Source: Blepharisma stoltei ATCC 30299
Lineage: Eukaryota > Protista > Ciliophora
NCBI GenBank assembly: GCA_965603825.1
Contig: CBFDEM010000022.1
Coordinates: 124,001-188,000 of the forward strand
Direction of reading: 5' to 3'
DNA length: 64,000 bases
The first letter of the stretch is position 1; each line of letters begins with the position of its first letter. Position numbers and translations under genes: made by a program. Positions 34,184-46,651 of the stretch are shown here, piece after piece. A model generated the notes under the pieces. It did not search any database. It had not been told where the DNA came from and saw nothing but the letters and a program-made list of their open reading frames with translations.

Positions 34184-36541
34184 ATGAGCGTTCTTGGCCC
34201 TGACCAAAGTATTATTTCTTCTCACATCTCTTCACGAAGAAATTCATTACGGCCTCTTGACGAAAATATTTCAGATAATGAAGATATCGTTGGACAAATG
34301 CAGCAAGGCGCTTCCAATATCCTTGTCGCAGTCAGATGTAGGCCACTTACCAAAAAAGAACGAGAAATCGATAGCACAAATTTGATTCAAATAATTGAAG
34401 AAAGAGTAGTCATACTAATGGACCCACAATTCAAATACGGTGACAAAGGCAGCCGAGCAAAAGAAAAACAATATGCGTTTGATTTTGCATTTGATGAAAA
34501 TTCATTGCAAAAAGAAATTTTTGACAAAACCACCAAGTTCTTAATCGATGGGATCCTTAATGGTTTCAATGCAACAGTTTTTGCATATGGAGCCACAGGT
34601 GCAGGAAAAACCTATACAATGCTTGGTGAAGCTGACAGCCCTGGAATGATGTTGATGACTTTTGTTGAACTTTTCACAAAGGTGGAAGAATTGACGCTAG
34701 AAAGAGCTTATAAGGTAAAACTGAGCTATTTGGAAATTTATAATGAAGTCGTCAAAGATTTGATACATCCCACAAGCAGTGTACTAGATATTCGAGAAGA
34801 CCCAGTCAAGGGAATTGTGGTAGCTGGACTTGCTGAAATGATTGCGACCACTCCAGATGAGGTTATCGAATGCATTCAGTTAGGAAATATGAGGAGAACT
34901 TGTGAACCGACTGAGGCAAATCAGACTTCCAGCAGATCTCATGCAGTGCTACAAATCACTGTGGAGTATAAAGATAAAGCTGCTGGGACTCAATCTGAAA
35001 TTATTGTTGGTAAACTGTCACTTATTGACTTAGCTGGATCTGAAAGAGCTTCTCATACAAAAAACAGAGGAATTCGGCTTATTGAGGGTGCAAATATCAA
35101 TAAATCTTTGCTAGCTTTAGGTAATTGCATAAATGCATTATGTGAAGCTACAGAAAGAGGTGGAAAAGTTTATATCCCATATAGGGATTCAAAATTGACT
35201 CGTTTGCTCAAAGACTCCTTAGGCGGAAACTGCAGGACTGTTATGATTGCTTGCATTTCTCCATACTCAGGAAGTTTTTTTGACACATCCAACACTCTCA
35301 AATATGCAAATCGTGCAAAAAATATTAAAACCAATCTACACAGAAACGTTGTAAACGTGTCATACCACATCGCAAAATATACAGCCATTATTGCACAGCT
35401 CAGACAAGAAGTTTCTGAATTAAGGAAACAATTAAAATCTAGAACCCCTAACCCTACGGTATTTAATAATGAAAAATTCCAAATTGAGCTTAATACACAT
35501 TTCCAAGAGGAAGCAAAAATAAGGAAAAAAATATATGAATGCCAACAGACAAAAGAAGAATTAGGATTTATGCTTTTTGAGAAGCAGGCAGAAATGAATC
35601 AAGCCAAATCGAAAAATGGAGAAGAAAATGCTGGCTTTAAAGCACTGAATAGAGAGGTAGAAAGACTAAAAAAAGCAATTGAGGAGCAAAACCAAATAAA
35701 TGGAAATTATGAAGAAATGCTTAAAGGGCTTGAACATAAAAGAGATGATATCAAGCAAGAATGAATAAGAAAAGGAGTCCCTGAGCCTTATTTATCAAGC
35801 TTACAGCTTATGATGCAGCAGCAGATCTTAGCTATGAATTCTATTGATGCACAAAGAGATAAAAACCATGAGCAAGTAATTTTAAAACAAAAAGACCTAT
35901 ATATAGAACTGCTAAAGAGCCAGCTAAGATTGAGAGACAATGTGATCGAAATCCAAAACGAAGTTTTCAAAGAATCAAAAGTAGAAGTCAAGCCTGGCCT
36001 TAAAAAGATTTACAGTCAAATTCAAAGCTTAGAAGAAATAAACTCTTCATCAATTGTATCATTTCCAGAACTTCATGGAAATTCTCGTTCAACAAACCAC
36101 AGATCTAAAGCAAAAACCTATAAAACTGACCATTTTTTGCCACCTATAATCCATATCCCTGCAAATAAAACTCCGGCCTCTGTAACTCCGTCAAGAATCC
36201 CCAGGATAAACTCAAAACGGTATTTATCAACTGAACAGAAATCAGAGCCTCCAAAATCTTCAAATGTAAATTTATTACACCCTAAGGCTAAAAGGCTTAT
36301 TCAAAATGATGCAAAATTTAAAGAAAGGTCTCGGACAAACTCAGGGTATTTTGATGAGTCTGATTCTGAAAAATCGACAGCCAAGCAGATGCCATCAATG
36401 GTAAAAGTCTCAGATCGTAGCCAAAAAGGCCATTATGCTGGACAAAAAGTAAAAGATGAAAAGCATTTGGTCAAGAAGAGAATCAAGCCAACTGAAATTA
36501 AGTACGGAATCAGCATTAGAGGGATCGAAACATTTGTGTAA
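34184..36541 (+). CDS. Kinesin-8 (KIF18/KIF19-like) motor (785 aa)
   Basis: VAVRCRPL, NATVFAYGATGAGKTYTM, SSRSHA, DLAGSERA, EGANINKSLLALGNCINAL, TLKYANRAKNI; two ORFs joined over TGA. Confidence 0.92.
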
Positions 36542-36721
36542 TATAAATAATTGTACTCTAATAATTTTGATATCTCTATTATGGATTAAAAAAATCTATC
36601 CATTTTGAAGAATTAAGTTATTTTTATAAGCCAAATTTGAATTTATATTAAAATCTCTATTAACTTTTCCTCAAAAATGTCCCGTGTCTTCTAAACAATT
36701 TCTTTACCTTAGTTTTGATAA

Positions 36722-37921
36722 ATGGAAAGTGACCTAAAAATAGGCTCCCGCGTTCTCTGCAAATGGACTGATGGGAAATACTGTAAGACTTATTTAGATC
36801 CTGCTGAAATTATCCATGAGCGCCCAATCCCCAGTCATGAATTTTACATCCATTATCTTACTTTCAATAAGCGTCTAGACACTTGGGTAGCTCCTGATCA
36901 AATTGCTCCTATGCCTCCAGAAAGTGAAAAGACTCCAGAATCCATCGTCACCCGCTACAATAAAAGAAAGCGCGAAGAGCTCGACCCAGCCGAGCACAAT
37001 GAAGATTGCACTAACCCAGAACTTACCCAGTTTGAGAAAGACCACGAAGAGAACACCAAAGTCAGAAACGTTGATCGGATCGTCCTTGGCCGATATGAAA
37101 TTAGTCCATGATACTATTCACCATATTTGTCGAGATATCCCCAGATACCCACACTTTATATATGTGAATTTTGCCTCAAATATATGAGGCATGGCTCTAC
37201 TTATAAGGAACATATAAAAAAGTGCACATATAAACGACCGATGGGGAAAATGATATATAGGGATAATGTTAATATTGGGAAAATCAAATCAGTAAGTGTG
37301 TATGAGGTTATGGGAAATGAGCATAAATTGTATTGCCAAAACTTTTGTCTGCTGGCGAAATTGTTTTTGGATCATAAAACACTTTATTATTATGTGTCGC
37401 CATTTAAGTTTTATGTGCTGACTGAAGATTCGGGAAAATGCTCTAGAGTTGTAGGGTATTTTTCTAAAGAAATTGGAAATCACGAATATAACTTAGCATG
37501 TATTTTGGTATTGCCACCATATCAGCAAAGAGGTTATGGGCGATTCTTAATTTCTCTGAGCTACGAATTAAGTAAGAGAGAAGGAAAAATAGGAACTCCA
37601 GAAAGGCCATTATCAGATATGGGTAGAGTTTCTTATAAGTCTTACTGAACTGATACAATTTTAGAAGTAATAAGAGACAGAGGAAACCTCAGTATCAAAG
37701 AAATCACAGATATTACAGGAATTTCTAATCATGATGCAATGGAAACACTCACTTCGTTGAATTTAGTCAAGTATTGGAAAGGACAATATATAATGAACAT
37801 TGCAAACCCTAAAATGATTGAAGAGCACTTCAAGAAGAAGGAACAGAAGAAAAAGAAACTCAAAGTCTGCCAGATTAAATTTGATCCTAGAAAGCTAAAC
37901 TATACTCCTCCTAAATCTTAA
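36722..37921 (+). CDS. MYST histone acetyltransferase with chromo-barrel domain (Esa1/Tip60/MOF type)
   Basis: FYIHYLTFNKRLDTWV, P[W]YYSPY, LYICEFCLKY, LLAKLFLDHKTLYY, NLACILVLPPYQQRGYG, GTPERPLSDMG, SY[W]. Confidence 0.95.
36783..36797 (+). other. 15-nt frame-preserving intron
   Basis: gtaagacttatttag matches the other tiny introns; splicing gives DGKYYPAEII, as expected for the chromo barrel. Confidence 0.75.
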
Positions 37922-38169
37922 CTGAATTTTATTAGTAATGATTTCCTTATTCAATTTATTTATATATTAATATATAAATATTAAATAATGTCTAAATATA
38001 TGCAATTTTGAGACGGGAAATGATATAGCAGTTTTGGCAGGAAAATTAAGACCCTATTTCTATCAAAATAGAAGGTTTGAATATATCGTAAAATATTTTT
38101 GTTTACAGAATTGGTATTTCATTTATATTAAGGAATGCTGTTATTTAATATTGAGTTTTTAAGTTGATT

Positions 38170-39713
38170 TTAATGAGCGACCTGAGCTCTCTTCATTTTC
38201 ATAAAGTTTCTGAAGTTTTGGATCAGAGTTTTATGTAAACGATTCACATCTTCATTATCTTCATCTTCATAGTTTTCATTTGATATTTCACCTTCTGCAT
38301 TATACCAAATTCCTTTTATTCCTAAGTACCTTCCCCACCCATGATCATATTTCTGATAACTGTACCTGTCCAAGTAAATTTTCTTTCCACCTCTCCCCAC
38401 TCTCCCTCTCAGCTTGAGTTTCCTTTCAAGATTTGTGTGCAGCTGAGGTGGCATTTGCTTGCTCTCTGAAGAAGTTACTGATTTATTGCTTATCAAAGGC
38501 CACAGATTCAGCTTTTCCCCTTCAGTAATCAACAAGCAGCAAGCACGAGCCACATCGAACGACAAATGGCTCTTCTTCTGAGGTTCAGGTCTAGCTCTTT
38601 TAATTGGCTCCACAACTGGCTGAGGAATTGGCTTTGGCGGGGCAATTGGCGGGGGCGCGCTAATTGTTGTCTCTACAGACTTATAAGATGACCTTAGCTC
38701 TTTAGCAGTTTCAAGGACTTTTGCATCCAGCACGATATTAGGGATTTCTGAGGGCTTTCCTAGCTTATCAGCTCTTTCATGCTCAAATGCCAGAATTCTT
38801 GCATCAATAATGTACTTTTTCAGAACTTCTCTTGCGTTTATTGCTTTGAAAATCAGCTTTAGCGTTTCCAGCTGCTTTTGGAGGTTTTTCATCTGCATTA
38901 CCCTTACTTTTTCATAGCACTCTGAATCATTTTTCTTGGAATTCCTGAGACGCATTTTCTCTCGGTTTTCATTGCGAGATTTGAAGACAGTCTTTAGGTT
39001 CGCATCAGTCACCCCCTCACTGTTCCAAAACCTTCTTAATAAAGATCTTCCGAGGCTTGTTCTTCTGTTTTTTCAATAATTGTACAGGTTTTCTATAGCG
39101 TTTGAGGCTATCGACGCATTTTCAGGCCTTTCCCAGTGGTCGTTGACTTTTTTATCTTTGAGGAGATAAACAGCTCGCTCCAATGGGATGATTTCTCCGT
39201 CTCCGACGTCTTTTTCCCAGATATCTATGCTGGTTTCCAGCAAATGGACATTCATGATGTTTGAGCTTACCCTGAGGTCATTGGCGACATGGCAAAGGTA
39301 GTCTAAATCCTCGTCAACTGCTTCGTATTCGACTATAGACTCTAGCTGCAGCTCGCTTGGCGCCAGATACCTGTGGAAATAGCCTGGCCTGTGATAGCTT
39401 TTTGTAGGCATGCTATAGGCACTTAGTGTCTCAATGATGGGAACAGAGATGTTTGGGATGCGTGGAACCTTGAGATCTGCTTCAATATCATCTCTTTCAG
39501 TGCTGAGTAAAAGTTTGCGGTTGTGATCAACCGTACGCGGCCGGGTAATATGGCGGCTCTTGGTTATACCTATATGTGTAAGCACATCTTATCAGAAAAA
39601 TAGGGCTCTGGCGCAGAGACTTGGAAAGTTGTATGTAGGTTAAATAAACTTCCTGAAGCTTTCTGACCAGATTTCCCATGAAAAATGTTGAACTTACCTT
39701 TATCTAGCTTCAT
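38170..39713 (-). CDS. EPL1: Enhancer of polycomb-like protein (Epl1/EPC); exons 39698-39713 and 38170-39569 (471 aa)
   Basis: RPRTVDHNRKL, VEYEAVDED, LYNY[W]KNRR, VFKSR..KMRLR, RGRVGRGGKKIYLDR; the 5' exon MKLDK joins in frame through the 128-nt intron. Confidence 0.85.
39570..39697 (-). other. Long (128-nt) structured intron
   Basis: G|gtaagt donor, catatag acceptor with A at -6; simplest way to give the Epl1 frame an ATG; several internal complementary segments. Confidence 0.75.
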
Positions 39714-40930
39714 GTTCTTTTTCTGGGTTGTCTTCTAAAATTGATTTTGCCCTGGGGCTATAATACAATTTAAATGGATTTACACTTTTTGGACCTCTTC
39801 TCGGTCAGAAAATAATTAAAAGGATGTAGATATTTAATTAGCTTACTTTCATTAATTTGTTTAAGTGTAGAGCAAAGAAGCACTTGATTACACCTTTTTC
39901 AGAATTTTATCAAGATTTCTGGGAGATCTCTAGATGCTGTTTGAATTACTCAATGAAGCATTAAGACAAAAATTGATTCAAAATTGATAAACTGTTTGAA
40001 ATTTAGAATAATTCTGGCTTAGTCTTTATTCTTTTTTGTAAGGATTTATAGTTGATTAATTTTAACTTTCTATCAAGATTTAATTGGGAATAATTTTCTA
40101 GAGACATTGAAGCTTTATTGCTATAATATCCCAATATCAGTTTTTAAATTTTAAAAAATCGAGTGTTTTAATTCAATTTTTTTTCCTTTTTAAACAATAA
40201 AAATTTATTTTTTGCAGGCTTTTATGCATCAGAATTGCCAAATTTAAATATTTTCTTTAATAAAGCTGAAATCATTCATTGGCTTAGTTTATCACCTCTA
40301 AAATTGCTTATAGAAATTTTTATTTTAATAGGGTTTTACCTTGGAAATATATTTTATAAATTATCTAAGATATCTTTGGATTTAGTAATTTATAAATCAA
40401 AATACTAATAGCAAAATTTTATTCAATGAATATGAGAATTCTAAAGAATAAATATGATTTAAGAGAATTAATATAAAAGTATATCAGAGAGGCTACCAGT
40501 TTAAGCGGCTTTAATTAAATTATTAATTCAAAAATCAATTAATACTTAACTTAAAACAATAATCTATTTCATATGCCATCTGATGAAGCTAAAAATACTT
40601 GAGAATAATTTGATATATTTTAGAATTAAAGTGAAGGTTATATTTATAAGAAAAATGTTTAAAAAATTACAAATTGCTAATATATAATTATATTCACTAT
40701 TGAAAGCAACAATAATTTATACTACGAATTCTTCATAAAAATTTATTCCAAACCTATTCTAACACAAATGATTTTTAATATAGATACAAAATTTCTGCTA
40801 GCTTCAGTGAAGCATTTAAAGTTCCCTAAAAACAATTTTTAAATTATTTATTCACAATTTTTACATTATTTTCTCACTCAATTCCATGAAATATTTATTA
40901 AATCATAATTATAATTCAAAGGGTTATTTC

Positions 40931-41476
40931 TTACTTCTTGCCAGTTAGGGTTCTTGAAAGCCAGTCTAATCCTTCATAAAGTCCATCTCCACTTGTTGCA
41001 CAAGTGCTTTGAATGAACCAATTTCTTCCTCTAATTGAATGTAGCCCTAATTTGTCTGTGATTTCTGCTGCAGTCATTGCATTTGGCAAGTCTTGTTTGT
41101 TAGCGAATACCAATACGACGACGTCTCTGAGTTGGTCTTCATTGAGCATTCTATGAAGTTCTTCTCTGGCATCTTCGACTCTGTCTCTATCATTAGAATC
41201 CACGACGAAAATGACTCCTTGGATGTTCTCATAGTAGTACCTCCACAAAGGTCTGATTTTGTCTTGCCCACCAACATCCCATACAGTGAAAGAAATGTTG
41301 CGGTATTCGACGCGCTCAACATTGAAGCCAATGGTTGGAATTGTTGTCACGACCTCGCCAAGCTTGAGTTTATACAGAATTGTGGTTTTTCCAGCTGCGT
41401 CGAGACCGACCATGAGGATACGCATTTCTTTGCTGCCGAAAAGACGTTGCCAAATTCTTGAGAATGCTAAGCCCAT
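40931..41476 (-). CDS. ARF1: ADP-ribosylation factor 1
   Basis: MG start, [53 protein letters not shown]. Confidence 0.98.
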   Translation of the reverse strand: MGLAFSRIWQRLFGSKEMRILMVGLDAAGKTTILYKLKLGEVVTTIPTIGFNVERVEYRNISFTVWDVGGQDKIRPLWRYYYENIQGVIFVVDSNDRDRVEDAREELHRMLNEDQLRDVVVLVFANKQDLPNAMTAAEITDKLGLHSIRGRNWFIQSTCATSGDGLYEGLDWLSRTLTGKK

Positions 41477-41851
41477 ATTTTATTTAGAAAATTGAATGAA
41501 TTTTGCTATTTATAGTCAATATGGGACCCCTGATTTTCAAAAACAAATAAAAAATAGGGGCAAAAATGGCCCATAGGGAAAGTACATGTTTTCCTTCATT
41601 TTCCTACGTCAGAAAAAATGGAGATTTAGAAAGATTTTGCAGTAAGGATGAAAGAAGATTAGAAGTTTATAGACTTTTTGATATTATTAGGCCATTTTTT
41701 TATATTTTTTTTGGGGTATTTTAAGTCAATTTGATCATTTTTATGACAAGAAGAGCACCAAATTCCAAATTTATTGAATTGAAAATTATGAAACTCCTAA
41801 TATTAGGAAAGATTGACGGAAAATATATGTGATTATTAATCTATTTTTGAG

Positions 41852-42241
41852 TTATTTATGTTTGACAGTTAATGCTCTTAAAAGCCAATCCAATCTTTTG
41901 TAGTAATAGCACAAGTATACTGAGTTAACCATTTTTTCTCTCTGATTGAATTGAGAGCAAGTTTTTCTGAAGTTCTGAAGCTCTCATCGAATGAGGGATA
42001 TCTTGCTTATTTGCCAACACTAAAATGTAAGTATTTCTAAGTTGATCTTTATTTACAAGTGTAAAGGACTCTTCTTTAGCGCATTTATCCATTTAGAATT
42101 ATTAGAAATACAGCGAAAATAATAATTGAATATTTTCAATGGCATATCCACAACAGTCTTATTTTGTCCTATCCACTAATGAATATTGAGATGCTCAACT
42201 CTTTCTACATTAAAGAAATTGCAGTAGCAACTTCGCCCAAT
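41852..42241 (-). pseudogene. ARF pseudogene
   Basis: Fragments LGEVATAI, FNVERVEHLNI, DKIRLLW, DQLRNTYILVLANKQDIP, SIREKKWLTQYTCA, LDWLLRALTVK, interrupted by frameshifts and stops. Confidence 0.85.
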
Positions 42242-42992
42242 GTAATCTAAAGGGAAATGTCTTGTCTGTTGTATAAGTTATTTTTCTTTTATTTTTGTTT
42301 TTATATTGAATTTAGACCCTTATAATATAGTGACAAATAAAATGCTATAGCACAAATTCCTAAATTTAAATCATAATTTTTCATGCATATTCCTAATCAT
42401 ATAAACAAAGATTACCCGCAATAAACAAATCTTATTTCTATAAGGGAATTTAGCAAAAGCTAGGCAATTATTTAAAAATTTGAGATGATATTTCTAAAAC
42501 CCATGAACTTAATTCAATTCAAGTAGATTTTATTTTAGTAACTTATCAAAATTAAATGAATTTAATTTCATGCCATTTATTTTTTAATTCATATATTGTT
42601 TTTAATCAAGGTATTCATGGATAAGCTAGCAAAAATAATAGTGTTTTCCACATCAATAGCTATCTTCGAAACTATGAGGATGGTCTAAACTTTCTACATT
42701 CCGGCTAGAAAATTTTCAAGCTAATTCAATTTTTTGAAAATAACTTGCACTATATACCAATTATTTTACATAAAGTTAAAAATATCCAAAAAATTTGATG
42801 CTGTTGAGTCTTAAAATAAATTTATTTGCTTTAGGAGTTTACATAATTTCAATAAAACAAGAGAATAGCTAAATTAATTTTTTCAACAAAATGGCTAATT
42901 ATATGCCAGCCATGCATTAAAGCCGACATAATTAAGTGCAACAATACAATTTTATTAACTCGATTTATATTGTGTAAACTAATTACAATAAA

Positions 42993-43448
42993 TTATTTGT
43001 CTTGGTCAAACGTTTTCACTGTTCTTGATAAAATTTCTTCTTCTTTGTCTCCGTTCGGCCCTAAATATTTGTCAAAAATATTTGTGCCTTTGGACTCAAA
43101 GCTTTCATAGCTTTGCAGCTTATCCAGCTCGAGTTCATTGATTACTTTGTTTATATATTTTTCGATGCAGTTCTCTTTGTGTTCTCTGAAGGAACAATGC
43201 CTTTTGCCTGATCTCATGTGTATTGGTGGAGAGAGTTCTTTTGCTTTTTCCTTTTTCACGCTTTGGAGTAGGATCTTATTGGCACAAAATTTTAATTTAT
43301 TTCATCCACTTAAATTCTTTGGAGATTTTTCGGGTTTGACGGTATCAGGACTGACGGCTTGGACGAATCTGTCCAATTTATGATTTTTTTGTAGGTATCC
43401 GAGCATTGATCTCGAATTAAGTGAGGATTTTCGCCTCTTAAATTCCAT
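42993..43448 (-). CDS. Hypothetical protein (151 aa)
   Basis: ORF 42993-43259 extends upstream over one TGA to ATG 43448 (MEFKRRKSSLNSRSML...). Confidence 0.6.
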
Positions 43449-44128
43449 TTTATATATTATGGCTTCTTAGGAAGTGAAACTGAATTATTTGGCGATTTCT
43501 CAGAAACTCCATATCATCGAAAACACCAATTGAAAGCTTATTTCTATTTATATTTAAGCTAAGTTTTAAGATGTGAGCTTAAACTCTAGATTACCTTAAT
43601 GAAAATAATTATCATATACAAAAAGCAGCCCATGATCACAGATTCATTATCTGCATCCGGATATGTTTTTTAAATCCAGTTATGGCCCAGCGGCATTTAG
43701 CAGCCTAAAGCAAGAGATGTGAATTTAAATCAGCTGACTTGAGTTCTGAATCTTTAGGCAATTAATTCACTACTTTTTGCAAGAAGTAGAGTCCTGTAGG
43801 AACTTGGGAGTAAGGATTTAAGCCACCATCAAATTAATTTAATCTAATCCATAAAACTTCGGATAAACTGATCAGAAATTTATTTAATTGGTGAAGAAAG
43901 AAATAAGTCTTGTTTCCGAAAAAAGCATCCTTATATTGGCTTCAATAGAAATATATACTTTTACAAATTTATTATTAAATGACAAATTCTTTAAATAAAA
44001 TATAAATTTCTATATGATTAATAAAATTTTCAAAAATTGAATTTAATGCTAAACTATCCAAAACTCAGTTTAAAATTTAAAGCTTGCTCAAAATTGCATT
44101 ATCTTAATTAAAATTATGTGATAATTAT

Positions 44129-45361
44129 TTATGCCACAGACGCAACGATAACCGTAACATCATCTGGCTTACCCCCGATCCAACCTTTTCCGTAAGTTTT
44201 TTTGACTCTTTCTTCGAATGGAGAGTTGAGCTTTGATTTAGATTTATAGTAAGCATATCTTCCAAGAAGATTTGCTAATTCAATAGGATTATAACTGCTC
44301 CCTTTATCTTTTGACAGCAGAGTCAATATTTCCTTTGAAAAAACATTGTCTCATAGACCATCTGAAGCCATAATTATTAAATCCTTTGCCCTGATCTTCA
44401 GGCAATAGTCATCTGCATCACTACAGCTATCTTTTATTACGTTTTTCATCTGTTCCATAACTTCAGCAAATTTTTCAGGGCTGACTCTTTCTCTGAGTTC
44501 ATTAATCTGTGAATTTGAAAGTTGCTGAGAAAGCTGATAAGGCGTATTAAAAGAATGCTCCTGTGGTGATGATCGAAAAATAATTTTTGGATTTTCATTT
44601 ACAGTCCGAACTACCATAATTCCACAATCCCCAAGATTCGAAATTTTAAGCTTATCTCTTTCTAGCTTCGCTACAATCCACGCAGCGCCTCCTCCATTTT
44701 TGACCTTGCTAAAAGCTTCTTCTACACATTTTTTTATCGGTAGTGCTTTTGAAGACTTTTCGATATTTTCTTTACAATTTTGCATTAATTCATTTGCAAA
44801 GTTTTTACTGGAGACTCCATACTGGTTCCAACCTCCAACTCCATCGGCGACGCCTATGCAGTGATTCGTTGTGAAATAGGAGTCTTCATTTTTTAAATGA
44901 TTCTTGCCTTCAGAAAATACTCCAGGCTTTAATTTTAAATTTTCACTGGATCGGCAATATAAGGGTCTTCTAAGAGAAGGTTTTCGGTATAGGAAAATAT
45001 TGGAAGTGCTACCTTTTTCCATTGCAGTCACATTTTCTGTAATTTGTGGAAAGCTCGATATAACAAATGTAGTTTCTTTTCTCAGCAATCTGAACTGATT
45101 GCCAATGCTCAGTCATATCTCAATAAAGTATTCTTTATGAGATAGCGAATAAGTGAGTGGTAATTTCACAGCCCAAGGTGGGTTGGTAAAGTTCCCGATC
45201 AGATAAGTAGGCTCTAGATTGTCCGACTTGCTTGTTGATATCCTTACTAGTTGTTTGCCTTTTGATCGATTTTGTCTAGCTTGGTAGATTTTGAATGCTC
45301 TCTTAATCTTGATTTGGCAGTTGTTCAGATAATCTGCTATCCTGTTATGAGAATATTCCAT
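44129..45361 (-). CDS. PTC7-type PP2C phosphatase with N-terminal CBM48/AMPK-beta-like module (410 aa)
   Basis: EDSYF, GVADGVGGW, NLGDCG, QEHSFNTPYQL, ASDGL[W]DNV, GGKPDDVTVIV; three same-frame ORFs joined over TGA. Confidence 0.88.
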
Positions 45362-46651
45362 ATATTATTATAACCATTGAAACGAAAGTTTTTATATAAC
45401 TTTGAGAATTTTAAGATTTAAATAATTTTAAAGATCCGATGTAAAACTATGAATTGAATAGTAATGAAAAATGAGAAACGAATAATTAGCTGGGTTAGAT
45501 AGGAAATATTATTATTTATTGACGTCAAAACTAGATTATAAATGGTATAAATAATAAAGATGGTTATCTGCAGGAAAGTATAAAATACTCAATTGCCTTG
45601 AAAAGATTGATTTTTTCTAATAAACACTGTGAATTGATTATTAATTTATTTTTCCATTTATATAATGCGATTTGAAAGGTGGAATGAGCAAAAACAACAG
45701 AATTTGGTATTTAGATGGTATTATGTGCTTAAAAATTGCCTAAACTTTAAAAGTTAAGGCATAATCATCAAAATATTAATTTGGCTGAAGAAAACCATTA
45801 GAAATGATTTTAATTAAACATTATTGAAATTTTCGCAAATAGCCTAACATTGTTTTTCTTATTATCCCTAGAAATTTTGTTTTTCACTCGTGATATTACA
45901 AATTTTATTTGGAGCACAGATAATTTATTTTGTAGGATTTTAATGCATTAAATTAAGTTGGATTTCAATTTATCAATTAGAAATACCAAAAAATATATAA
46001 AAGTTTTGATCTCTTTATAAAAAAAAATAATTGGAAATTTAGGCATGGTTTATATTGAACTATTTTTAGCTAAGGAAATCTTAATAACTTTATTTAGGTT
46101 TTATTTCAAGTATTTTGCGTTAGTCTTAATCATATAATCGATGATGTATTTAAAAAATCCTTAATCAGCAACAGTCTTAAATGACTATCATTCTGCCGAG
46201 TTTGGAGATGTCGAATAAAGGAACCAAAAATAGCATACCTAGTAAACATACTAAATTACATGGAAACAGATATATCACCTTCTCTTCAACTAATTTATCA
46301 TAATTTTACAGCAGTTTCAGCTAATAATTAATTTAATTATAAGTGATTTATATTATATATAGCTAATCTAAATGCAATTGCATTCTGCTTAATTTATCTT
46401 CGAAGTGTCTATCTATTGTTTTCAACTTTTTTGATTATTTAACCATTTCTCACCATATTTTCTTTTTAAAAAGGAATTCATTAGATCTTTTTAATAAATA
46501 TTTCTGCCAATTGAATATTTATCTATTTATTTTCCCCTAACTTTATCATTATTTCTAATAAAATAGCTATTTAGCAATACTCCCATTTATAAAATAATTT
46601 AAAATCTACTTATAATCGGAAAGATGATCCTATTTAAGTCTTAAAATGGTC

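Noticed and set aside
27256-36541. Functional cluster of two depolymerising kinesins
   Set aside because: Separated by unrelated genes, and kinesins are numerous in ciliates.
43600-43850. Slightly GC-richer intergenic stretch as ncRNA or gene remnant
   Set aside because: No recognisable RNA motif or translatable homology by eye.
3002-45361. In-frame TGA as selenocysteine or cysteine
   Set aside because: The positions correspond to invariant Trp in several unrelated families.
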